A DNA stretch of 64,000 bases, from NCBI GenBank assembly GCA_965223005.1, contig CBDCVK010000008.1:64001-128000 (forward strand), in the 5' to 3' direction. This DNA is from Terriglobia bacterium. GTDB taxonomy: Bacteria > Acidobacteriota > Terriglobia > JAJPHL01 > JAPKYU01. Both the position numbers and the translations under genes were made by a program. The notes beneath the pieces are model-generated. The model did no database searches. It was not told the origin of the DNA and was given only the letters and a program-made list of their open reading frames with translations. Positions 48,213-57,171 of this stretch are shown here, piece after piece (the first letter of the stretch is position 1; the number at the start of each line of letters is the position of its first letter).

Positions 48213-49361
48213 CTAATCCGTCACCTGCTCTAAGATGGCGAAATCACCGGGGTTCCACGCCTGCGCGATAACATAGAACTTACCGCCAACCTTCAGAATC
48301 ACAGCATTGTGGATGTGCTGAAAGTTCTTCAGGCCCAGATCCTCCTTGGGCATGAGGGTCGAAATCAGTTTGTCATTCTTCAGGATGTGGATAGGAGCGC
48401 CTTTGCTCCGGTCAGGCCCGTGCAGAGAACCTGCCACGGCATAGTTCCCTTCATAATCGATATCACCAGGGTAGGTGCCGTTAGGGAAGTTCACCGTGGC
48501 GCGATGATGGCCGTAGCGAGTGAAGCGATCTATCTCGGCGTTCGGTCGATCCGAAACATCCAGCCGCTTAATTCCTTGGGGCACGGTAATGCCATGTGCC
48601 GAGCCGAACTGGCCGACTCCACCCCCCTTGCCGCCAAACGCCAGGTGGTGCCAAACCGTCCGGAAAGGATTCGTGCTCACAATCCGGGCGGTCAATACGA
48701 AGTCCAGGCTCGAATAGCCGGTTGTCACATAAAAAAGCCCGTCCAGCTGCTCCACGTCGGTCGGCACGAAATTTCCCAGCGCGGAGAAGTACTGGTTGAC
48801 TGTCGGTTCATCGAAGTCGTCCTTCGCGGTCGGTGCGTTCAGGGTGTGAACAAGTTTCCCTTCGAGAGTTGTCGTGAAGACGTGGCCAGTATCGTTCGCT
48901 GGAAAAGTTAAATACGCGGTGCCATCGGGAGCATACCAGATGGTGGTATTGTGCATGTTCGTGTTGTTCACTTCGTCTGGCGTCTTTAGCAGTCGAATCG
49001 TTTTGAGATCACCGCTGATCTGCATAATTCCCGCCCCAGTCAGTGCGAAGTAGATTTCCCCTTTTCCCGGGCGGCGATCGACTGCGAAGCCGCCGTGGGC
49101 GGCCTTCAACACCTTCTGGGCTTCTTTCGGCAGATGATCGGAGGTGTACAAGACCTTGAATTTCATCTCTCCCTGGCCGCTGATTCCCGCAGCGTGTGAT
49201 GTAGCGGCCGCCGAAGATGCGGGCGCTGCCTTTGCCAAAGCTGCAAAACCAGGAGCACGATGCGCATGAACTGGCGCTACGCACGGGCTCGTTGCAACTA
49301 CGATGACGAAACTCCAAAGCACAACCTTTGTCACTAGCTTCATAGGTGTCACTCGCTCCAT
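48213..49361 (-). CDS. Secreted NHL/beta-propeller-like hypothetical protein
   Basis: Signal peptide; HGGFAVD, FVPTDVE, FGGKG..QFGSAHGIT, SDRPNAEI (NHL-like); AAGGAGG RBS. Confidence 0.7.
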   Translation of the reverse strand: MERVTPMKLVTKVVLWSFVIVVATSPCVAPVHAHRAPGFAALAKAAPASSAAATSHAAGISGQGEMKFKVLYTSDHLPKEAQKVLKAAHGGFAVDRRPGKGEIYFALTGAGIMQISGDLKTIRLLKTPDEVNNTNMHNTTIWYAPDGTAYLTFPANDTGHVFTTTLEGKLVHTLNAPTAKDDFDEPTVNQYFSALGNFVPTDVEQLDGLFYVTTGYSSLDFVLTARIVSTNPFRTVWHHLAFGGKGGGVGQFGSAHGITVPQGIKRLDVSDRPNAEIDRFTRYGHHRATVNFPNGTYPGDIDYEGNYAVAGSLHGPDRSKGAPIHILKNDKLISTLMPKEDLGLKNFQHIHNAVILKVGGKFYVIAQAWNPGDFAILEQVTD

Positions 49362-49533
49362 TGGGAGAAACCCTCCTTTGCGTGGAATCTGATCATAACC
49401 GGTGGAAGAGAGTCTATTGGACTGGGATTCCCTTTTTGAGCTTCTCCTTCGCCCAAAAGCATCAGAAGCGTACGCCCGCCGTTCTGTCGAGTCAAGCTCA
49501 GAGTGCCGTTCCTACCTGGCTCTCAGCTTTAGG

Positions 49534-50361
49534 TCAGGACGCATTCTTGCTGTCAGGCAAGAAGCGGCGGAGTCCAGCCTCGTAGACGAGGCCTCCTATC
49601 AGGGCGCCTGTCATTGGAGCCACAATATAGAGCCACCATTCATGGCCGCGCGGGCCAGGGAAGGCAATGTCACCGTAACCCACCAGATATCCGAACAGCC
49701 GAGGGCCAAAGTCACGGGCTGGATTGATCGCCACCATCGTCAGGGGCGCGCCAATGGCGATGAGGCCCATGACTGTGAGCCCGATAAAGAAGGGCGCCAG
49801 GTTCGACTTGGGGGCTGCGGGGTTCCGATCGTCTATCAAAGCGAGAATGGCAAGCACTAAGATTGCGGTCAGGACCGCTTCCGTCAGAAAAGCCGCGCCG
49901 GTAGTGACCTTCGCCCAGGCCTCAGGGCCGACGCCCACCATGCCCGGATTGGGATAGAAACAGGAAAACACCATCATCAGCTTCTGACTGCCGGGCTCAC
50001 CCGCACTGACCACCTTGGTAGGCTCCCACATTCCGAACCAGCACAGATAAATCGTGAGCGCTGCGGTGAAGGCGCCGGCTACCTGAGAGAGAATAAAGGG
50101 AAACAGTTTTCGTACGGGGAACTTGCGCCATGCCACAAGAGCAACGCTCACGGCAGGATTCAGGTGCGCGCCCGATACGCCTGCCGCTACGTAAACGCCC
50201 AACGCGACACCTACACCCCACATCATGGCCACTCCAGCCAGGTCGTAGCCCCCGGTGAATACGGCCACTGCGACCGCCGTATCACCGAGCAAGACCAAGA
50301 TGTAGGTGCCAATGAATTCAGCCGAACATTCGCCCAGGAGGGACGGACGACGCAACTCCAT
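49534..50361 (-). CDS. MIP family channel (glycerol facilitator-like)
   Basis: AEFIGT, SGAHLNPAV, INPARDFGPR (NPARD is typical of aquaglyceroporins). Confidence 0.92.
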   Translation of the reverse strand: MELRRPSLLGECSAEFIGTYILVLLGDTAVAVAVFTGGYDLAGVAMMWGVGVALGVYVAAGVSGAHLNPAVSVALVAWRKFPVRKLFPFILSQVAGAFTAALTIYLCWFGMWEPTKVVSAGEPGSQKLMMVFSCFYPNPGMVGVGPEAWAKVTTGAAFLTEAVLTAILVLAILALIDDRNPAAPKSNLAPFFIGLTVMGLIAIGAPLTMVAINPARDFGPRLFGYLVGYGDIAFPGPRGHEWWLYIVAPMTGALIGGLVYEAGLRRFLPDSKNAS

Positions 50362-50468
50362 GCTTTATTCTCCCCGCTATGAATTTTCAGGAACGGCCCA
50401 GCAAGCCAATAGGCGTGCCCATTCTGCCACAAGTATGCGAAAACCCATACGGACTAAATTAGGCGAGA

Positions 50469-52220
50469 TCAGTTTCGGTCGGTGGGAACGAGGCGCTTCA
50501 GCTCTTCAAACCAGTTGAGCACCACGTTGATTTGTGTCGCGCCAGGCTTACCTGGCTGGATCATAAGGAACCGCTGGCCGTCGGGCGTGATGTCGTAGTT
50601 TGCACGCCCCGGGCCCGACTGAACGTAGTGTCCCTCAAACAGTAGGGTGGGAGCGCCTGCGCGAAAGGTTGGCTGCGTTGTAATCTCAACGGCCATCATC
50701 TTGTCGCCGTTGCGGTAGAACAGTTCCTTCCCGTTCTTCGCCCAGACCGCCCCATTGCCGCCTTCGGTGGAGATCTGCCACTTGCCGCCGGGGCCGGGAT
50801 ACGCCTGGACATAGACTTCCCGCCGGCCGGACTCATTGGAGACATACGCGAGCCAGCGACCGTCCGGAGAAAACACCGCCCCGGTTTCACCGAATCGGGT
50901 TTGGAGGAAGGGGCGCGGCTTGCGCTCCCCCTCGAACGGAAGAACCCAGATGTCCCACCCCGTGGTGGGATGACGTTCAAAAAAGGCCACGATTTGCCCG
51001 TCCGGCGACCAGGACGAAGGCATCTGGAAGCGTTCACTTTCCGTGAGCTGCTCTGCCGGGCTGCTGCCGTCGGCAGGTTTCCAAAACAGGTTCGCAGCGC
51101 CGCCGCCCCTGGCCGAACCAAATGTCACCCGCTTTCCATCCGGTGCCCAGAGGTGACCGAAGTTGTCTCCCTCAATCGTCAGCCGGGTCAATGTCCCCCG
51201 GGGGATGTGGTAAATCCAGACGTCGGAGTTGCCGGTTTCGGGCCCGATCTGGACGGCCAGCCGCTGGCCATCTGGTGAGAAACGGGGGTTGTCATAGTTG
51301 CGTGGAGGCGCCGCCAGGGACTCAACCGCTCCCTGACGATCTATCCAAACCAGCGTGCGCTTACTCACAGAAGGAGAACCCGGGACATAGACGAGTGATC
51401 CGCTCTTAGACACGCTGAATGGTGTCTCTCCCAGTTCTGCAGAATAATTCGCGATCCCTGAAAGGACGACGGCGGGCGATCCTGTTAACTGGAGCTGGTC
51501 GAGATCAAAGGGCGCCGCCAACAACTTGTCTTCCCGTGCAAAGACGAGGTGGCCGGTTGGTACATACCGAGCATGGGAGCCGTGCTCGATCAGGGTCCGC
51601 TGCTCGCCAGTTTCCAGTGAACGCACAGCGACTGATGGACCGCTTTTTTGCCCAACAGTGAACAGCACTGCCTTGCCGTCTGGGAGGACCTGCGGCCAGG
51701 CATGAAAGTCTTTGGTCGCCTCGATCACAGTGGCGATCACCTTAGGGGTACCCCCGGCGGCCGAAACTCGGAACAAACCAGAGGGGCCTGCGAAAATGAG
51801 AGCGTCCCCGTTCGGAGTCCAGCTTTGACCTAGATACCCCCCACCTGCTATTTCGCTGTACGTGCATAGGGTCTGGAGCGCTCCCCCGGAAACCGACACC
51901 TTCTTTAGCAGTCCGTCGAGTCCGCCGAAGGCGAGCCACTTCCCATCGGGAGAAAAAGCACCATGGAACGCCCCCGCAGTGCCGGGAATCGGCCTGCTCA
52001 GCTGTTCGTTTAAGCGATGCACGTAGAGCTGCAGGATGTCTCCCGTGCGGGCGATGTAAGCGACCTGTGTGCCATCGGGTGAAATCGACAAGTCCGGCCA
52101 AAAGGTTTGACCCTGCGGGAGGTTAATGACCACTCGGCTGGCGGGCTGCTGCGCCAACGCCAGGGTCAACGCGCACAAAATGACTCCACAAATGCCTATC
52201 CTGCGAATGGTTGACCGCAT
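50469..52220 (-). CDS. Secreted PD40/TolB-like beta-propeller protein
   Basis: Signal peptide; repeated SPDG motifs; C-terminal YDITPDGQRFL...VVLNWFEELKRLVP. Confidence 0.85.
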   Translation of the reverse strand: MRSTIRRIGICGVILCALTLALAQQPASRVVINLPQGQTFWPDLSISPDGTQVAYIARTGDILQLYVHRLNEQLSRPIPGTAGAFHGAFSPDGKWLAFGGLDGLLKKVSVSGGALQTLCTYSEIAGGGYLGQSWTPNGDALIFAGPSGLFRVSAAGGTPKVIATVIEATKDFHAWPQVLPDGKAVLFTVGQKSGPSVAVRSLETGEQRTLIEHGSHARYVPTGHLVFAREDKLLAAPFDLDQLQLTGSPAVVLSGIANYSAELGETPFSVSKSGSLVYVPGSPSVSKRTLVWIDRQGAVESLAAPPRNYDNPRFSPDGQRLAVQIGPETGNSDVWIYHIPRGTLTRLTIEGDNFGHLWAPDGKRVTFGSARGGGAANLFWKPADGSSPAEQLTESERFQMPSSWSPDGQIVAFFERHPTTGWDIWVLPFEGERKPRPFLQTRFGETGAVFSPDGRWLAYVSNESGRREVYVQAYPGPGGKWQISTEGGNGAVWAKNGKELFYRNGDKMMAVEITTQPTFRAGAPTLLFEGHYVQSGPGRANYDITPDGQRFLMIQPGKPGATQINVVLNWFEELKRLVPTDRN

Positions 52221-52513
52221 GGTTGCCCTCCTGTTCCAACCGGGGATTTCCGATTTCACTCTCCTGCCCCGACTGTACACCCCCGGCCACTGACACGCAA
52301 TGACTTCGCAGCATGAACTGCCAAGCCTTATTTATATTCCTTCGCAGAGGGCTGCGCACCTTGCTGACTCAACCCGCGGAGACGACAGAGCGGGAGCCGG
52401 CGGGTCAATAAAAAGTGCGAGCCAGGTGAAGAGCGCATGGTACAATCCGCTCCCCCATGACCTGTTGCTTTGACATTTCCGGCCATGGAGATCTCGCGTG
52501 AACTGAGGTGATT

Positions 52514-53470
52514 ATGAAAGTGGTCTTGGCCCACGATGTGGGCGAGGGGTTCGTAAAAGATATGCGAGCGACCTTTCCCGCGCTTGACTTTCGAGTTGCG
52601 TACACCGTGAAAGAACAGCTACGGGAGGTCCCGGACGCTGAGATCCAAATTGGCGAAATTACCCGGGACGTGTTCCTGGCGGCAAAACGCCTGCGCTGGT
52701 TCCAGTACATCGGTATCGGATTCGACCACATTGTCGAAAGCATTCCTGAATTAGTGGAAAGCGACGTGGTGATGACCAATTGTCGCAAGACGCATGTCAT
52801 CTCGATGGCAGACCATGCGTTCGCCATGATCCTGGCTTTTGCTCACAACGTTCCTCAATTGATCGAGGACCAGCGGGCGCATCGCTGGGACACCTTGAAG
52901 TATTTCGGACGAATGAGAGAACTGGCGGGCACGACGATGGGGATCGTAGCTATGGGGGATATCGGCAAAGCTGTCGCCGAACGGGCCCGGGGATTCGATA
53001 TGGAGGTTTACGGAGTCGACATCCAGAAAATGCCCCCGCCACCGGGTGTGCGCGAAGTGTGGACGCTCGACCGTTTGGATGATCTCATGGCGCTCTCCGA
53101 CTACCTCGTTGTCACTGCCCCACTGACGGCCCAGACGCGCGGCATCATTAATCGAAAGCGCCTGGAACGGCTCAAGAAGGGCGCCGTCGTCGTTGTGGTT
53201 TCAAGAGGTCAGATCGTCGAGGAAGAACCTCTGATTGAGGCCCTGCGATCTGGGCACGTCGCCGGAGCTGGCCTGGACGTGTTTGCCCAGGAACCGCTTC
53301 CCGCCGACAGTCCTCTGTGGGACGCACCCAACGTATTGATTTCGCCTCATATCTCAGCGGATTCATCGCAAATGTGGGAACGCCGCAAGCAAATCTGCAA
53401 GGATAATCTGCGCCGCTATCTAGCCGGCGAGCAGTTGGTTTATGTCTGCGACAAGAAAGCCGGTTTCTAG
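52514..53470 (+). CDS. D-2-hydroxyacid dehydrogenase
   Basis: MGDIG, APLTAQTRG, SRGQIVEE, AGLDVFAQEPLP, ISPHIS. ATG at 52514 after GAGGTG. Confidence 0.92.
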   Translation: MKVVLAHDVGEGFVKDMRATFPALDFRVAYTVKEQLREVPDAEIQIGEITRDVFLAAKRLRWFQYIGIGFDHIVESIPELVESDVVMTNCRKTHVISMADHAFAMILAFAHNVPQLIEDQRAHRWDTLKYFGRMRELAGTTMGIVAMGDIGKAVAERARGFDMEVYGVDIQKMPPPPGVREVWTLDRLDDLMALSDYLVVTAPLTAQTRGIINRKRLERLKKGAVVVVVSRGQIVEEEPLIEALRSGHVAGAGLDVFAQEPLPADSPLWDAPNVLISPHISADSSQMWERRKQICKDNLRRYLAGEQLVYVCDKKAGF

Positions 53471-53609
53471 AGGTAGAGTCATTTGCGCCGCGATCGGACT
53501 GTCTCCGTTTGCAGAATCGGGTGAGGGCGGGTAGGATGAGCCGTCTGACACGCATGGTCGCTGAACCATTTCCAAATTGAACAGCACGTAAACCACTTGG
53601 AGCGAACCG

Positions 53610-54383
53610 ATGAGACGAAGCTTGATGCTGGAAAAGTTGAGACGCGGAGAATACGTAGTCATGTCGCAGTGCTTTATCCTCCCTCACTGGAAGCTGATCG
53701 ACATGATGGGCGTCATTGGTTTTGACGGCGTCTGGATTGAAAACGAGCATAGCGACTTCAACTACAGCGAACTGTCGCAGATGATCCTGGCAGCGCGAGC
53801 CCACGATATGGATTCGATTGTCCGAATCGCGCGCACCGGATACACGGGGACCATCAAGGTGCTGGAAGCCAGTGCCACTGGAATCATTGTCCCCCACTGC
53901 ATGGGAGGCGAGGATGCGAAGGCCATTGTCCGCGAAGCCAAGTATGGGCCGATGGGAATGCGTGGCTCCGGCGGCAGCGTCGACGCGGAATACGGCACGG
54001 TCCCTGAAATGGAGTATTACAAGCACGCCAACCGCGAGACCTTGGTCGCCGTCATCATTGAAGACAAAGAGGCGGTGGATGACGTGGACGCGATCGCCGG
54101 CACCGAGGGGATTGATGTGCTCCTGCTCGGCCCGGGCGACCTGTCTCAGAGTTATGGCCTCGTAGGGCAGTCCCGCCACAAAGTTATCGAGGACGCGATC
54201 GACGCGATGGCTAAGGCTTGTGCGAAGCACGGCAAGTGGTGGGGAATGCCCGTAGCCAATCGGGATGCTGCCAAGAAAGCGTTTCAGCGCGGCGCGCGCG
54301 TCATGCAAGCAGCCAACGAGCAAGACATCCTGGTGTCTGAGTTTCGCAAGATGAAGGAGTCGTTCAAGAACCTCAGCGCCTGA
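53610..54383 (+). CDS. HpcH/HpaI aldolase family protein
   Basis: GFDGVWIENEH, GIIVPH, IIEDKEAV, GPGDLSQS. Confidence 0.9.
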   Translation: MRRSLMLEKLRRGEYVVMSQCFILPHWKLIDMMGVIGFDGVWIENEHSDFNYSELSQMILAARAHDMDSIVRIARTGYTGTIKVLEASATGIIVPHCMGGEDAKAIVREAKYGPMGMRGSGGSVDAEYGTVPEMEYYKHANRETLVAVIIEDKEAVDDVDAIAGTEGIDVLLLGPGDLSQSYGLVGQSRHKVIEDAIDAMAKACAKHGKWWGMPVANRDAAKKAFQRGARVMQAANEQDILVSEFRKMKESFKNLSA

Positions 54384-54414
54384 CACGGCCGCGGGCAGAA
54401 ACCCTCAGCTCCTG

Positions 54415-55238
54415 CTAGTGCGTCTCCAGCAATCGCATGAGGGTGCGATAGGCGGAGCTTGCAGCCTCGTCCACCTCGGCAACAGGAGGCCAGCCCCGGT
54501 CGTCGAACTCGATCTCCACGCTCAGCGCACCTCGATAGCCTCCGTCGTCCAAGATGTTGAGCACCCTTTCGAAGTCAATTTCACCCATTCCTATGGGCGG
54601 AAAGTTCCATACTCCCTTGCCGCCGATCTTATCCTTCAGATGGATGTGCGCCATTTCGGGGACAGCAACCGGCAGGTCTTCGTAGGGCAAGGTATCGCCG
54701 AAATAGATGCAGTTGGCGGTATCGTAGTTGATCTTAACGTTTGGGTCATTGACCGCGCGGGGGTGACCGCGCGAACCGTGGCCAAAGCGAGTTTGCCGTT
54801 GGCAGTGTGCTTGCCGTGCACTTCCAGGCCAATCGTGACACCGTTTTTTCGGGCATGGTCCGCCACCTCCCCGACGTTGGCCAGAAACGGGGGTAAGTCC
54901 TCTTCCAGGCCGGCTCCGCCGAGTGTATTCACCACAACCCCGGCGCCAAGCTTTGGAGCAAGGCTGATGAGTTTCTTGGATCGCTCGACGTCGCCTTTCC
55001 TCATCATGCCGATGTTGCCGTTTAGAGCCACGACCTTGAGACGGTACTGCTGAAGCTTGGCCAGCAGGGCCTCGACTGCGGCGTCGTCCATGTCGAGGGA
55101 AACGTGTTCTGCATGTGGTGGGTTGGCTGCCATCTCCACATAGCCGCACCCGGCCCGATGAATCCCTTTCAGTGCAGCTTCCAGGCCGTAGTGATGGTAA
55201 ATCCCGGTGCCCAGAGCAACGATCTTCGACAAACTCAT
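54415..55238 (-). pseudogene. Sugar phosphate isomerase/epimerase (AP2Ec TIM barrel), frameshifted
   Basis: The N-terminal frame (...IGLEVHG...TVRAV) and C-terminal frame (NDPNVKINYDTAN...HIHLKD...SVEIE) are separated by a 14-bp insertion at 54750-54773. Confidence 0.8.
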
Positions 55239-55291
55239 GGTTCACCCCTTCTGGCTTGCGGACTTAGTCCGTCAAGTGAAACAGGGTCTAA

Positions 55292-55532
55292 TCTCTTACG
55301 ACTCTCTTACGACGACAGCCGGTCCAGAATATTACGAGTTATCCTTTCCACGACTTTGTCTCCACCGCGCAGGCCGTCGGACCAGTTCGTCGAACCCACG
55401 GTGACCACAGTGCCCCCTTGAGTGTAGACACCAAGGACTTACGACTCTCCGACGACCCGGGCTGGGGACTTTGTCTCCACCGCGCAGGCCGTCGGAGCCG
55501 GTGAGCCCCCTTGAGTGTAGACACCAAGGACT
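55292..55532. repeat. Degenerate tandem duplication of the gene 3' end
   Basis: 30-mer GACTTTGTCTCCACCGCGCAGGCCGTCGGA at 55352 and 55467; 28-mer GCCCCCTTGAGTGTAGACACCAAGGACT at 55412 and 55505. Confidence 0.9.
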
Positions 55533-57031
55533 GCCGCGCCGGCTGGGGAGCGCCCTCCCGAAGCGCCTCCGAAGCCGAGCGACCCATCGCCGGCGCACAA
55601 CCCGGCGGGACCGGTGGCAAGGATTTGAAAGCCACCGGGGGTGCCGTCACGATGGGTGGGGACAGGAAGTCCCTCCTGCAGCTCGAAAAGGCAGCCGTCG
55701 CACTCATACCCAACGATCTTGTTCGTTGCGCCGAAAAGATCTCCTTGCCTTAGACCAGTCCCTTCAAAAATCCAGTGGTTGGGCCGATGGACTGTGTAAG
55801 CTCCGGACCCATCCCGGAACTGATCGAAAAAGCGATGGTAGCCTCCGTAGGCGTAGCTGACTCCGGTGAGTTGATTCTCAGGCCGGTTGATCAGGCGACT
55901 ACACCACAGTGTAGTCAGCACCTTGTTGTTGCTTTTGTAACAAAGGTCCTGCTCGTAGGCTTCCTTCCAGCACACCAGGGCATGGCCGCCGTCTTCGGAG
56001 CGGACCTGCCAATAAACGACGTTGCCGCTGAGGAAAGCCACGTTGCCTCCACCGGCAATGAACGCCTCCAAGTGGTCGCGCATGGGCGATGACCAGTACT
56101 CGTCGTGTCCGACACTCAAAACGAGCCGATAGTGTTGAAGAGTTTCGGGGTGGAACTCCAGGTCCGAGTTGACGGCATAGTCAAACCTGTACCCGGCCCT
56201 CTCGGCCCACTCAACGAACGGCCGTTCCCAATTTTGCCAGCAGCTTTGAAAGGTGCTGAACCCGTCGAAGACTTGGAGCTTCTTTTTCCCTTTCTGGATC
56301 CGTAAGGTCACTGCGGGTTCGAGGATATGCCACTGGGTGCCGGTCTGCCCGTCAGACGCACCCTCGGCTTGACCGCTGTTGGTGGTAATGGTTGCAAGGT
56401 CCGTGAATGAGACACCGTGCTTTGAGAATTCTGTTCGAAGCCGCGGCGAGATCGTCCCTTCCTCCAGATCGACTTCGCATTCGGCTCCGATGTTAAACAA
56501 GAACCTTCCCTCGAATCCAACGGAGCCCGCAAAGGGGCGGTCGAAGGAAACCCGCCGCGCGGGCCCATCCGTACCTCGATACAGATCCGCGCCCCCCCAG
56601 GTGTTGTAAGCGTTGTCGGTGTTCGTGCTTCGCTGCAGCAGAATCTTTGAGTCTCGACCGGGATGCGCCGCTCGGACCACAAAGGACATCTCTCCTCTAG
56701 CACTCTGGCCTGTTGCACTTTGCTTGCCGGCGCCGGAACCGTGCCCGTGCAAGGCCACGCTGTAGTAGCCAGACTTCCAATGCTCCGGCACAGGCACTTT
56801 CAGCGCTATTGGCCAGTTGCATCCATGCGAGACACAATTTTCTGGAACCGGATACTCGGTGCCCGGCAGACCTTCTTTGGTCCAGACCACCTCCCTATTC
56901 GCGCCCACACGGGCGATCTGAACCGAGTACCTCTTTGCATCGGTTGAGATGTGGAACCCGATCTGATCACCGGCCTTGACGCTGAGTTGATCGGTGTAGC
57001 CTTGGATGGTAGGTTTGGATTTCCTATTCAT
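55307..57031 (-). pseudogene. N,N-dimethylformamidase beta-subunit-like protein with interrupted C-terminus
   Basis: AYNTWGG, VSFDRP, SVGHDEYWS, FLSGN..WQVR, VGYECDG. The ORF stops at 55439; the natural end (GTVVTVGSTNWSDGL...RITRNILDRLSS*) follows in frame to 55307. Confidence 0.75.
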
Positions 57032-57171
57032 GTGGAGCACTCCATACCTAACGGCAATGAGTAGGTTCGCTTTCGAGGTTGAGATTCTATCCCACAACGG
57101 TCGCCTCCAGAAGGTGTCCGTCGAGCTAGAATGACCTAGCCAAGGAATGATCTAGCCAAGGAGGGGTTTGT

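Noticed and set aside
55352-55532. CRISPR-like 28-30 bp repeats
   Set aside because: Two different repeats alternate, each with only two copies; both are coding sequence of the DMFase-like 3' end, and no cas genes are present.
55292-55532. Diversity-generating retroelement TR/VR pair
   Set aside because: Differences are block deletions rather than adenine-specific substitutions, and there is no reverse transcriptase in the window.
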